From the NCBI GenBank assembly GCA_965197925.1, contig CBDAOC010000015.1:33839-97838 (forward strand): DNA of 64,000 bases, written 5' to 3'. The position numbers and the translations under genes are program-made. Below, piece after piece: positions 21,521-32,426 of the stretch. The stretch is from Nitrososphaerales archaeon (GTDB lineage Archaea; Thermoproteota; Nitrososphaeria; Nitrososphaerales; UBA213). Position 1 is the first letter of the stretch, and each line of letters begins with the position of its first letter. A model generated the notes under the pieces. It did no database searches, was not told where the DNA came from, and worked only from the letters and a program-made list of their open reading frames with translations.

Positions 21521-22069
21521 TTAGATGGAATTTATTATCTGCTTTATCTCGTCATAGTTCGGCTCTATTAGAGGATTATCCATAACCCATTTGTACTTCA
21601 CTATTCCATTTGTGTCCAAAACGAACACAGATCTCTTTGCAGCGTTGTAGCCTTTTACATGTAATAGATCAGGCATTAGAACACCATATTTCTTCACAGC
21701 ATTTCTTGCATAGTCACTCAAAACTGGAAAATTAAGGCCGTGCATTTCAGTGAACTGCTTGTTTGCAAATGGGCCATCAATACTAATGGCAATCACCTGT
21801 GCTCCAAACTTATTCAATTCTTGAAAAGAATCTCTGAACGAACACATTTCTGCCGTGCATACGGGAGACATTGCCGCAGGAAAGAATGCTAATATGATCT
21901 TTTTCCCACTATAGTCCTTCAAACTCTTCATATTCAGATCTGGATCCGGCAAATAGAAATCTGGTGCCTTATTTCCAATATTAGGTACTCTTCCTGCCTT
22001 CGTTGCCGGTTTACTCCTAGTTCTAGTCGATATTTTCTTTGCCGGTTTAGATTTAGTCATCAGACACAT
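21521..22069 (-). CDS. Peroxiredoxin (Bcp/AhpE-like)
   Basis: APDFYL, FFPAAMSPVCTAEMC and RSVFVLD motifs. Confidence 0.9.
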   Translation of the reverse strand: MCLMTKSKPAKKISTRTRSKPATKAGRVPNIGNKAPDFYLPDPDLNMKSLKDYSGKKIILAFFPAAMSPVCTAEMCSFRDSFQELNKFGAQVIAISIDGPFANKQFTEMHGLNFPVLSDYARNAVKKYGVLMPDLLHVKGYNAAKRSVFVLDTNGIVKYKWVMDNPLIEPNYDEIKQIINSI

Positions 22070-22985
22070 GTCTTTATCAAATTATAAAAGAGTTTCGTGA
22101 TTCATTCGACAAAACACCGACAATTTTTTTCTTATTAAAGATTATTCCAGTTGGCTACATCATTACCATCTTGCCTTTTTGCTTCAATGTAAGACTTTAA
22201 CCTAGTTTTCCAATATACCCTACTTCCGTAACCCCTTCCTAAACCTAAATTCCATTTGACCAAGTTCAGGTTCAAGTTTCTTCGCAGCTACACTAATGAG
22301 CTACCTTTAATCTTCAGAAAGGTCTTACATTTCCTGGTTTTGGGTTGTATTCATTAATTATTATTCTTGCCTAGTAAAACTACTGTATTTTTATTTGGAG
22401 AATTGTGTTTTTGTTTCCTATTTGCTTCAAATATGAACAGCAAATGTATCTTCACAATGAAAGAACGTTTACAATAAAAGATCATAAGTAGAAAAAGGGA
22501 AAGTTGTTGGTGTAAAGGGCTAAATGATAATGAAGGCTGTCAATGCGAATGGCAATCAGGGAGTTCTGACTAAATTAATATTTAGATCGTCTCCAAGACA
22601 AATTTTCATTTCAAAATATCTAGTTGAATTAGTTGGAGTTGCATGTCTTGTTAGCCTTGTGCTCATTGTAATGTTCGATGCAAAAGTCCTTACTACAATC
22701 ATAGCAATGCCAATTTGCAATTGTTGAACACGTAATACACACAGCTATAGGGTTGTTAAAATCATAATCATGTCTATTTCTATTTGAAGTCATTAGAAAA
22801 CCTGATCACAAAGACAAATCATATGAAAAAACCAATAGAGATAATATACTTTTCCAATTCTATGTTATACCTCAACAATTTTGCTTACTTGCAATTCATA
22901 TTTTGAGAGGGACACAATCATATTATATTTCAGCAATATTATTCTGTACTGCATATTTAAATATTAATCCTTAAAAAGCCTCAGT

Positions 22986-23855
22986 ATGGTTAGGAATAGT
23001 AGAACGCATGCTAAGGTTAAAGTCATAGGACTAGATAGAAAAGGTGTTGTTGCAAGTGTAACAAATTTCATTTTCGAGCACCAGGGAAATATAGAAAAGA
23101 TAAACCAAAAATGTGATAAGAGGACTCTTCGGGATGCAGTTTGTGGTTTCTTTTCAACGAGATCAATTGAAAAAGAACGAATTTCATAGAGGCTTAAAAA
23201 AACTTGGAAAAAAATTGGGTATGGAGATAAAAATTCATTTCGATGAACCCACTATGCTAAAAAATATGGTCGTTTTGGTTAGCAAAGAGCCACACTGCTT
23301 GGAAGCTATACTGGAGTCACAAAGGATGAGTAAAATCAAGGTAAACATTCCTCTAATAGTGGGGAGCGACAAGGCGCAGAGGCCTACAGCGTTCAAGTAC
23401 AATATTCCATTCTTTTCAGTGAACTATGCAAACCAGGCTAAGGCTGAAGATCGTATACTCGCGCTGCTCGAACGATTTAACATTGACTATGTGGCACTAG
23501 CGAGGTATATGCGTATACTTTCACCAAACTTTGTGTGGCGCTATCTGAATAAAATAATAAATATCTATCATTCACTATTGCCCGCGTTTGCTGGTGCATA
23601 TGCGTATGTACAAGCCTACGAAAGAGGTGCAAAGATAGTTGGATGTATTGCCCACTTTGTTACAGAGAATTTAGATCAGGGACCTATTGTTTGGCAGGAG
23701 TCATTTAAAACCAAACCTAATGATGGTCTTAACTGCATTAAAAAGAGGGAAGGCAGTTGGAAGCATATACATTACTACATGCATTAAAGCTCTACTTGGA
23801 GAACAAACTTGAGGTGTATTGGGGCAAAGTATACTTTAGAAAAACCCTAAGCTAA
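22986..23855 (+). pseudogene. purU: Formyltetrahydrofolate deformylase, two frameshifts
   Basis: ACT domain (G.DRKGVVA), VSKEPHCL, LARYMRILS, HSLLPAF and LDQGPI motifs. There is an extra A at ~23107-23111 and a missing G at ~23747; the reading resumes to ...EVYWGKVYF. Confidence 0.85.
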
Positions 23856-23905
23856 ACATGAGACAAAATTGAATAATTCATAAGCGCCATTATCATGGGT
23901 AACAT

Positions 23906-24658
23906 ATGACATGTGTTTCAGAGGAAAATGACAGTGAGATCAGAAAAAAGGTAGCTAGGGGTAAGAAACGAGCAATACTACCAATAGGTTCATTAGAACA
24001 ACATGGCGCACACCTGCCAGTTGCTACCGATACTATAATCGCAGAGTATATTGCCAAGAGGGTCTCCCGCCTAGTTGACGCATTTGTGCTTCCACCTCTA
24101 TTTTATGGAGTTTCTTTTGAGCACAAACCCTTCTTCAATTTAAGCATAAGAAATAACACACTTGAATCATTGATTAGTGATATATGTGTGTCATTGGCAG
24201 AAAATGGGTTCAACAAGATAATATTGCTGAACGGTCATTATGGAAACGAGGCTTCCCTCTCATCTATTACTCAACAAATTTATAATAATATCCCTCAAGG
24301 CGTACTTATCTACAGTTTATCATATTGGATGGTTCTGGATGAAGTAATACATCATGCCGATGAATATGAAACCTCTCTGATTCTGGCCATACAACCGGAG
24401 CTGGTTAACATGAAAATGGCGAGAAAAGGAAACATAAGGTTTGACAAGATAAAGAGTGATAATAAATTGGTTTTATCCAGATTGACTGTCATTCCATCAT
24501 CATTTTCTAAACTAGCGAACAGCGGGGTTTGGGGAGACCCCACCAAGGCTAACAGCAGAAAGGGCAAGATTATGTTGGAACATGCCAGTAAAAAACTGGT
24601 AAATCTAATAAAAGACATCGAAAAAGTTCATACCTCCACATTAAGGGCCAGAAAATGA
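23906..24658 (+). CDS. Creatininase family amidohydrolase
   Basis: PIGSLEQHGAHLP..TD, NGHYGN, HADEYETS and GVWGDP motifs. Confidence 0.9.
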   Translation: MTCVSEENDSEIRKKVARGKKRAILPIGSLEQHGAHLPVATDTIIAEYIAKRVSRLVDAFVLPPLFYGVSFEHKPFFNLSIRNNTLESLISDICVSLAENGFNKIILLNGHYGNEASLSSITQQIYNNIPQGVLIYSLSYWMVLDEVIHHADEYETSLILAIQPELVNMKMARKGNIRFDKIKSDNKLVLSRLTVIPSSFSKLANSGVWGDPTKANSRKGKIMLEHASKKLVNLIKDIEKVHTSTLRARK

Positions 24659-24712
24659 GGTCAATCTTGTATTGCTGTTTATGATGGAATAATGGACTGC
24701 GCTATTTTAATA

Positions 24713-24735
24713 TAGTACTCAACTCCTGAGTACTA
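24713..24735. promoter_or_regulatory. 9-bp inverted repeat just upstream of the Sm gene
   Basis: tagtactca-actcc-tgagtacta, 11 nt before the ATG at 24747. Confidence 0.5.
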
Positions 24736-24746
24736 GTGATATAGAA

Positions 24747-24980
24747 ATGTCCGTAGATATGGCCGTCAAAGTACTAGATGAGAGCCTTGGTAGAGTTGTT
24801 CTAATAAAGCTGAAAGGGGGCAAGATGTTAAGAGGCTCATTGCTTGGCTTCGATCAACATATGAATCTCCTCTTGGAAGAAACTCAGGAATTACTGGAAG
24901 AGGATAAGACGAATGATCTAGGAACAATTGTAGTGAGGGGGGATAACGTAGTAATAATTTCTCCACCACCTCCAAGGTGA
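24747..24980 (+). CDS. lsm: Archaeal Sm-like (Lsm/SmAP1) RNA-binding protein
   Basis: GFDQHMNL (Sm1) and VRGDNV (Sm2) motifs. Confidence 0.95.
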   Translation: MSVDMAVKVLDESLGRVVLIKLKGGKMLRGSLLGFDQHMNLLLEETQELLEEDKTNDLGTIVVRGDNVVIISPPPPR

Positions 24981-24986
24981 TAACAA

Positions 24987-25151
24987 ATGGTTAAAGGCAC
25001 TACCTCAATGGGTAACTTTACAAGAGGTAAAGTGCATATAAGATGCAGAAGGTGTGGAAGCAATTCATATCATAAAAGAAAAAAGCGTTGCTCCAAATGC
25101 GGTTATCCTGATCCTAGGATTAGAAAGTATGCCTTCATAAGGAGCAAGTGA
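24987..25151 (+). CDS. rpl37e: 50S ribosomal protein L37e (not in ORF track)
   Basis: Translated by hand: [41 protein letters not shown]...; follows Sm as is usual in archaea. Confidence 0.96.
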   Translation: MVKGTTSMGNFTRGKVHIRCRRCGSNSYHKRKKRCSKCGYPDPRIRKYAFIRSK

Positions 25152-25154
25152 GCC

Positions 25155-25733
25155 ATGGAAACAATAGTATTAGTAGCTAGTTCTGCAGTAGGAGCACTTA
25201 CCGCTATGGCGTTAGACAAAGTTTCTCATAATGTTAACAAATTAAATAAGAATAACACACATTCAATAAATTTGCAGAAGAGACTAGTCTCCAAGGCAGT
25301 GGAAAGGGTCTATGAATACGAGCGCGAAGGGAGGATAACCGTGACCGAAAGAGAAAAACTTATCATCAAATACAGGCAGGAACAGAATAAGGTAGACAAT
25401 GACTTGGGCGGCGTTACGCTATACGATCATAAAGTACTAAATTCATTGAAGGAAAACCTTGTTTTGGTCGTAGATCAAAGAATGGCAGAGATCACTTCTA
25501 AGCTGGATGATCTTGCAGGCAAGATTGATGAAACGCCAGTTAAGAGAAAGACCTCGACACCCATGGACAGGGACAATGGGAAGTTAATGGAAACCCCTAA
25601 GCATTTTGCTCCAATTGAAATTACAGAAAATACTAAGATTACAGAAAGTCCTGAAACAGACGCAAGCCTAGAAGAGATAAAGAAGCAGATAACCCAAACT
25701 TTGTCTAGACTGGAGCAAGCTGAGGTTGAATAA
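25155..25733 (+). CDS. Hypothetical coiled-coil protein with N-terminal anchor
   Basis: Intact ORF in the operon between rpl37e and rpiA. Confidence 0.7.
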   Translation: METIVLVASSAVGALTAMALDKVSHNVNKLNKNNTHSINLQKRLVSKAVERVYEYEREGRITVTEREKLIIKYRQEQNKVDNDLGGVTLYDHKVLNSLKENLVLVVDQRMAEITSKLDDLAGKIDETPVKRKTSTPMDRDNGKLMETPKHFAPIEITENTKITESPETDASLEEIKKQITQTLSRLEQAEVE

Positions 25734-26414
25734 TTGGATTCTAGTGTTGTTCTACAAAGGATGGCATTAGATGCTCTTGAAAATGTAAAAGACAGATTTA
25801 TTATAGGTTTGGGATCTGGTAGAACTGTTGCAGTATTCGTTAGAGCACTTGCAAGGCATGGCATAGAAAATAATTTAGATATCAAAGTTATCCCCACCTC
25901 ATTGCAGATCAAACTTGAAGCTGAAAGATTGGGTGTTAACATAATGGACGATGCTTTTATTCCATTAATAGACTTGGTATTTGATGGGGCAGACCAAATA
26001 GACGCAAAATTTAACATGATAAAGGGGGGTGGTGGAGCATTGCTCAGGGAAAAAGTTTTGATACATGCTTCCAAACAGACAGTGATTTTAGCAGACGAAA
26101 GCAAATATGTGAATGTACTGAGAAAAGCAGTACCCCTAGAAGTTCATCCATATGCTAGAACCTATGTGTATGAAAGTTTGAAAAAAAGGGGTATAATAGC
26201 CCATATAAGAACTAATGATAAAGGTTATCCCTTCGTAACAGAAAATGGGAATATTATACTTGATGCTAATTTTGGAGAGATAACTGATGTGGTAGGTATA
26301 GAACATTATGTGAAGAACATTGCAGGCGTTATGGAAGTAGGCCTCTTCACTAAGCCTGCAACTTTTTATTATAAAGCAAAAAATAATGGAAGGGTGGAGG
26401 TTCTTTCTCCATAG
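25734..26414 (+). CDS. rpiA: Ribose-5-phosphate isomerase A
   Basis: GLGSGRTV, DGADQID, IKGGGGALLREK and TENGNIILD motifs. Confidence 0.95.
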   Translation: MDSSVVLQRMALDALENVKDRFIIGLGSGRTVAVFVRALARHGIENNLDIKVIPTSLQIKLEAERLGVNIMDDAFIPLIDLVFDGADQIDAKFNMIKGGGGALLREKVLIHASKQTVILADESKYVNVLRKAVPLEVHPYARTYVYESLKKRGIIAHIRTNDKGYPFVTENGNIILDANFGEITDVVGIEHYVKNIAGVMEVGLFTKPATFYYKAKNNGRVEVLSP

Positions 26415-26431
26415 TTTGGAGTAGATAAGTA

Positions 26432-26683
26432 ATGGTAAGGAAAAGTTTGAAGGAAACAACAAAAACTAAAAATAACAAAGGGGAGCGAGCGAAAAGAGAG
26501 AAAGAAAAGGAAAAAGAGGTATTTGTTGAGAAGCCAGCCAAGAGAGTTGATATTGACCTTGATATTTACCGCGGCCTGTTCAAATACTTGGAAGAAAAGC
26601 TCAGTGTTGAATGTTTTATTGATCTGCATGGCCAATGCTATGGTAGGCCGGATTGTGGGTGCGAATGTCATACCAAAAAATAA
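26432..26683 (+). CDS. Small basic protein with C-terminal Cys/His cluster
   Basis: ECFIDLHGQCYGRPDCGCECH. Confidence 0.55.
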   Translation: MVRKSLKETTKTKNNKGERAKREKEKEKEVFVEKPAKRVDIDLDIYRGLFKYLEEKLSVECFIDLHGQCYGRPDCGCECHTKK

Positions 26684-26834
26684 TTCAATTTTGTACTTGA
26701 CCTCTAACAATAGAATCATAAAATTATATTAAGAGGCGTTCAAATTGCGGCAGAGGTACATCTCTTCCCGATAGGGATAGAAATAAGTGATGTATCTTAC
26801 AAGAATAAAGATGACGAAATATGGATTACACTGA

Positions 26835-28229
26835 TTATGATTCTATATTTCTAGCTACGAATTGTCCATTACCAGGCTTCCCTATGACTTGTCCGTTATC
26901 CATCACCAACTCTCCTCTTACAATAGTAGTTACGGGCCATCCTTTCAAAGTCATTCCATCATAGATCGTATAATCCGAATAGGACTGCAATAATTCTGGC
27001 GTTACCTTCTGTTCTTTCTCAAGATCTACTAATACAATATCTGCATCAGAGTCTATTGATATAGTTCCCTTTTTTGGAAACATGCCAAATATTTTAGCTG
27101 TATTATAGCTTGTTAACGCTGCCACTTTCTGTATTGTAACTCTACCTTTGTTCACACCCTCGCTCAAAAGAACCGGTAGCATTGTAGCTATACCTGGAAA
27201 TCCAGCAAGTGTTGACCATAAATCACCATCCCCACGCTTCATCTCCAACCTGCTTGCAACATGATCCGTACCTATACAGTTTATAGTTCCATCACCTACT
27301 GCCTCCCACATCTTCCACACATCTTCCTTACTTCTTACTGGTGGCACAACCTTTGCTAATATGTTTTTAAAATCAGTAGAATGAGTAAGATAATGTGGAC
27401 ATGTTTCAACGAATATTTCTGCCCCATTATTCCTTTCGTTTCTTATAGAATCAATTGTTACAGCCGATCCAATATGTGGTAGATACAATTTACATTTGTT
27501 CTCTCTTGCCCATGAAGAAACCTTGACTACTGCTTTTTGTTCTGATCTACACGGCCTGCAATCTGACCATCCGTTCAATCCATTCTTACCTTCATTCTTT
27601 GCTCTCTGCATTTCTGAATTACAAATCTCTGGATCCTCCGCATGGGCTAAGATAAGTGCTTTTTGTGATGCAACTATTTTGATCGCAGACTCCAATAAAT
27701 TATCGTCGGTATTTACATTTCCTGAAACTAATTTGTCAGTGTAAGGATCAATATCCATATAGATTTTTCCTAGTTCTCCTTTTAGGTTCATGTAAAGTTT
27801 GAATGACGTTATACCGTTATTGATACAGTAATTGATTTGCTTAACATGTTCTGGTAGTAGTATTGATGCATGATATGCATAATCAACGATATGTGATCTT
27901 ACAGAAGCGTCTAAATGCGTTTTCAGTTTTTCTTCGTATGAACCATACAATCTTAACATTCGCATCATTGTCGTTATACCACCTATTGCTGCTGAACCAG
28001 ATTCACTTTCTGCAGCTTTATCTATAGAAGTATAAACGCCATAGTGCACATGAGGATCTATTATACCAGGGAGTGCGTATAGACCTTCAGCATCTATTCT
28101 TTTGTCTGACTGTACCTCATCTGGGGTGAACTCTGCTATCTTCCCATCTTTTATTGCAATATTTGTGTTGACTATTCCAACATTTGGCACTACTATACTA
28201 GCGTTAACTATAGAAATATCGAAGGTCAT
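26835..28229 (-). CDS. Cyclic amidohydrolase (dihydropyrimidinase/hydantoinase/dihydroorotase family)
   Basis: PGIIDPHVH, SFKLYM, HAED, ETCPHYL, GTDH and DADIVLVD motifs. Confidence 0.9.
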   Translation of the reverse strand: MTFDISIVNASIVVPNVGIVNTNIAIKDGKIAEFTPDEVQSDKRIDAEGLYALPGIIDPHVHYGVYTSIDKAAESESGSAAIGGITTMMRMLRLYGSYEEKLKTHLDASVRSHIVDYAYHASILLPEHVKQINYCINNGITSFKLYMNLKGELGKIYMDIDPYTDKLVSGNVNTDDNLLESAIKIVASQKALILAHAEDPEICNSEMQRAKNEGKNGLNGWSDCRPCRSEQKAVVKVSSWARENKCKLYLPHIGSAVTIDSIRNERNNGAEIFVETCPHYLTHSTDFKNILAKVVPPVRSKEDVWKMWEAVGDGTINCIGTDHVASRLEMKRGDGDLWSTLAGFPGIATMLPVLLSEGVNKGRVTIQKVAALTSYNTAKIFGMFPKKGTISIDSDADIVLVDLEKEQKVTPELLQSYSDYTIYDGMTLKGWPVTTIVRGELVMDNGQVIGKPGNGQFVARNIES

Positions 28230-29143
28230 TCAACATTCAACAAAAAAGACCTGATATAAAGTGAGCGTTGATAGAGTCAGCTGACAAAAGTAGCTACAGA
28301 GAGTCCAGATAAGTCTAAAATGCCTTCATACTCTAGGCATCTTTTCTTCTAAAGCCTTCACTATTTTGCTTCATAACCTTTTTCAACCATCCAGTGAAAA
28401 TTCCACAGGTTTTTACTTTTTTCCATTCTTTGTCATCATACTTGCCAGAGTAATAAAGGACTATAACCAAGTCAATACCCAGATAGAAAATAGTCCCTAC
28501 TACACCAAAAAGGTATGGCTCTACCATACAAATAATTTATTTTATATTTATTTAAATGATCTTAACTTCCGTTTTACGGCCTATTTGTTTATAGAGATAT
28601 AAGAAATAAAGTATAGCAAGGTTCCATTTTTCTATATTGTTTACATAAAATAGATATTTGATATTCGGTAAGTTTTGGGTGTAGTAACAGGGACCATTAT
28701 TCATCAGGTTTTACTAAACTCTTAAATTTCTACAATTTAAGATCTTAACATTTACACGATTCATTCAGTATTTTGCACCATGTGCAGCGTATTTGTACTG
28801 AGATGGGCAATCTTACTTTCGCTTTTCTTAACCCTAAGTTATATTGTAAAAATTGCATCCCGTCGAAATCTATTTTTGATTTATAAAGTTTCTACTGTAT
28901 AAAAATTCATTCATTGGTATCAGATCTTCCTGAGAGGGATCTATAAAATATATTATTTTAAAGACTTGTAATAGATTATCTGGTCTGGCTGATAGATCTG
29001 GATTTTTCCCTGCAATTCGATACTATTCTAACTTTTTATTGACATAATTTAAAATTGATCTTATGTCAAGCTTAAATCTGTCAACCATTTATTTACATTT
29101 TATGAATATTATCTTCATTGGTGCCATGACGATTTAACTAGTT

Positions 29144-30242
29144 GAGGCTTGGGCGTAATTTAGTTCGAAACGATAAGATCAGGTTCCATTTTTCATTGGT
29201 AATGTGTTTAGCTCAGACTCCATACTTCTTCGTATATTATTTTTGATTGACGTGATTCCTTGGTCAAAACCTAATAGGAAAAGAGGTAGACCATTCTACT
29301 ATTCTCCTACAGTAATGGTGAGATGCTTCATCGTTAGAGTATGGATAAGAATACCAGGCAACAATGCTTTGCATGAATACTATTCGATAGACATGCCATA
29401 CAACAGGAAGGTAATGAAGGCATGTGGTCTTGATAGGTTGCCAGATAAAAGAACATTCGACAGAAGGTCAAGGCCATATCAATTGACATAAGATCAAGGA
29501 TAGGTGCTATGGGTGTGCTCTTCATAAAAGATGGGTTGGTAGACCCAGCCATAATATCCGTTGACAGTTCATTGTTGAAAGCAAAGGGACATGTATGGCA
29601 CAAATCTAGCATGAAGAAGAATGAAGTACCACGCTCCGGTATAGATACAGATGCTCGATGGGGCTACAGCAGAACCAAGGGATGGGTATTCGGATACAAG
29701 ATGCATCTAGCATGTAGCACAGGTTCATTGATAGTTCCATTATCAGCTGATTTCACAACAGCTAACATTACTGATAACAAGATGTATGAAAGCATAACAT
29801 CTTCATTGCCTACAGGAATGGTAAGGTATGTTGTAGGAGATGAAGGATATGATGATCACAAGTTATGTGATTTCAGCAGGTATAGAGGGCATCTACTAGT
29901 ATTCCCATTGGAAAGGTACAAGCATACTACAGATAATAATAGACTGGCATTGCTGCAGTTCTATCAATCTGAATTTAGACAGCATGTATATTCTCGGAGG
30001 AGCATAAGCGTTGAACCATTGATAGAGCACATAAAGGATGTATTTACCATTAGATCCATTACCAGTTAGAGGATTTGATAAAGCTAGGAGCATCGTTCTG
30101 ATTTCTATATTGCTATACCAGCTGATGGTATACTACAACTACTTGACAGGAAGACCATTAAGGGCATTGAAGCACATGTTGGGAAGTTAATCAATCAGAG
30201 GCATCAAGTTATTTTTGTTATATGGAATAATGCCCATGCCTC
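29144..30242 (+). mobile_element. IS element family A, copy 3, frameshifted
   Basis: Same TIRs and transposase motifs; ORFs 29204-29491 and 29509-30069. Confidence 0.9.
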
Positions 30243-30297
30243 AAGTATTTAGTAAATCTATCCAAAATTTAATAGATAAAAAATAGTTTGTAAGAAG

Positions 30298-30783
30298 CTA
30301 AGAGATAAGGGATCCATCAGAAACATCTGTCTGGTCAGGGATCTGTTGAATGGTTGAACCTTGTAAAATATATTCAGAAGATCTATCCATGTCACTATCT
30401 CTTGTTCTGCGCAGGTAATTGTCAGTCCATTCTCTTGTTATTACACCGGCCTCTACCAAATTTACCAATGAATTGACAGATGCCTCCCCTGTAACTTTAC
30501 CCATCCCTCGTCTGATCTGCCTCCACTTCAATTTTGTGTTTCCACTCTTTGATGAATAAATTATACCAAGTATGTCTTTCGCATTTACAAAAATTATTTC
30601 TCTGATTTTTTTGAGTGTGACTTTATCGGCAGCTTCTAGATAAATTGTCCCTGGAGCTTGTTCACGCTCGGGGAAGACTTCAGGATCCTCGAGATAACTT
30701 TCAGGCATGAATGAACGGCATGTACTGAAGATCACATATCTCCTGAAACTTTCCAATCTAGCGCTAGTTTGTATGACAACCAA
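30298..30783 (-). CDS. Conserved thaumarchaeal hypothetical protein
   Basis: RLESFRRY...EVFPERE...EAADKVTLKKIR; host-like composition. Confidence 0.7.
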   Translation of the reverse strand: MVVIQTSARLESFRRYVIFSTCRSFMPESYLEDPEVFPEREQAPGTIYLEAADKVTLKKIREIIFVNAKDILGIIYSSKSGNTKLKWRQIRRGMGKVTGEASVNSLVNLVEAGVITREWTDNYLRRTRDSDMDRSSEYILQGSTIQQIPDQTDVSDGSLIS

Positions 30784-31016
30784 TAGTAGGTAAAAACACA
30801 GGAGTCACTTATCAAGTTTATGAAATTTATGGATGTGGACAAACTCCGTACTCAAGATTTACCAAAAATTCAAACTCTTATACGGATAGAAGTGATTTCT
30901 CAAAAATAATCTACAACGAAATGAGAATTGTCACCTATAATACTAATGCCCTTCAAAAAAGTGTTTCGAAAATTTGGTTTTTTGGTCGACATGCGTAAAT
31001 ACTTCGGCATAACGGT

Positions 31017-32084
31017 GTGAACTATATGAGCGAGCTTGAAAGAATAACGATCACCATACCATCCCATGCTGAAGGAGATAGACGGCGAAAGGGGCGATGT
31101 ATCCCGCCCAAGGTACATCTACGGAAAACTAACTCAGAAAGCAGGAGCCGAATAGGATCAAAGAAAATGACAAATGAGATAATTCACAACTCATTCACAT
31201 CTCCCATTCACAAGAACCATGTACACCTTACGGGATTTCAACAACGTATAGTAGAGAGAATGCTAACAATCCACGAAAATGACGATCGGGCTGTTTCCTA
31301 TTTAGACTTTGGCGATATCTCGCATGACGTAATTAGGCACGAATTCAGTCAATTACGCCGAATGGGAGTAATAGAGAGAGCTACGACCAAGCGAACCACA
31401 CCAGCATGGTATAAGGTTAAAGGCGTATCGATCCATTGGGACTCATTCACACTTAGGGGTATGGTAGGCAAAGGCGTAAGGATAACCCAACCCATTCAGG
31501 ACATTCTTGATTCAACGCCCTATGGACCTCAGAAGATGCATAACATACGTTTTAGGTTCTATAACAAGCATCTTCATTCCAAACTACTTACTGATAACAT
31601 TGGGAAACATGATGCATCTAATAACACAGTCTTCCTAGGACCATATACCTACGATATCTACAGAGAATATTCCTTACACTGCTATCCAACTGGATATAAT
31701 ACAGTTATAATTGGTTGCTCAACCGCTCCTATTCGCTTAGATTCTCCTGATATTATGACTATTCCTTCTATCCTTTCCCAGCTACATGGACGGCTTTTGG
31801 CTCTTGATAATTCTATTACACTTCCAACCTGGGATCTCTGGACTATGACTTACTATGAAGTAGGGCAGGATTCCGTCATTGAGTTCACCGGTGAACGCTT
31901 CCAAATTCGAGCTAATGACATACTTGGTGCTATCTATCAATACTACGCGAAAGAATGGTCTGATGGGAAGGTCAGAATCCGTATGGAAAAGCAAGACGCA
32001 CCAAATAAGCCTGCAATCGATGCATTAATTGATTATCAGGTTCAATTTACAAAAGCATCTGATGTGATAAAGAAATATGGCTAA
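31017..32084 (+). CDS. Putative replication initiator (N-terminal wHTH plus Rep_trans-like domain)
   Basis: HTH-like segment (VIRHEFSQLRRMGVIE); WTMTYYEVGQD and YQYYAK...RIRME resemble the R.D.A.D and Y.K...R.E motifs of Rep_trans/gpII nickases. True start may be 31147. Confidence 0.45.
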   Translation: MNYMSELERITITIPSHAEGDRRRKGRCIPPKVHLRKTNSESRSRIGSKKMTNEIIHNSFTSPIHKNHVHLTGFQQRIVERMLTIHENDDRAVSYLDFGDISHDVIRHEFSQLRRMGVIERATTKRTTPAWYKVKGVSIHWDSFTLRGMVGKGVRITQPIQDILDSTPYGPQKMHNIRFRFYNKHLHSKLLTDNIGKHDASNNTVFLGPYTYDIYREYSLHCYPTGYNTVIIGCSTAPIRLDSPDIMTIPSILSQLHGRLLALDNSITLPTWDLWTMTYYEVGQDSVIEFTGERFQIRANDILGAIYQYYAKEWSDGKVRIRMEKQDAPNKPAIDALIDYQVQFTKASDVIKKYG

Positions 32085-32397
32085 GGTAAAATGTCATGAT
32101 AGACATGTTATAGGATACCCGTTAAAGAAAAGAATCCGGATGCTTTGTAGGCTACTTGATGGTACGGACATAAGCGATACAGATAGACTGGTAAAGCTAA
32201 CAAATGCTAATAGCGGCACCATAATATTAGACCGTTACATCAGGGCTTGGCATGATGAACCGTCTGCAGAAGAGTCGGGTAAGGATGATTGGGCAGGCTT
32301 CAAGGCAAACCTAGCTAGGGAAGAGGAAAATGGATACGAAGATGCTCTATTACGCCATGATGTAAAGCAATTCTATAGGGAGAGTGGTATGGTATAG
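32077..32397 (+). CDS. Hypothetical MGE protein
   Basis: Start overlaps the Rep-like stop; same strand. Confidence 0.6.
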   Translation: MAKVKCHDRHVIGYPLKKRIRMLCRLLDGTDISDTDRLVKLTNANSGTIILDRYIRAWHDEPSAEESGKDDWAGFKANLAREEENGYEDALLRHDVKQFYRESGMV

Positions 32398-32426
32398 TAT
32401 ACAGGAAGAACCATTCCGCATGTCGT

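Noticed and set aside
25475..26104. Long antisense ORFs over rpiA, the acc genes and the GC-rich ISP gene
   Set aside because: They lie opposite well-supported genes and contain no recognisable motifs.
26835..28229. Specific call as pyrC or allantoinase
   Set aside because: The motifs define only the cyclic amidohydrolase family; the substrate cannot be assigned by eye.
30784..31016. Possible tRNA/att site at the island's left border
   Set aside because: I could not see a cloverleaf or T-loop motif, or a matching direct repeat at the right border.
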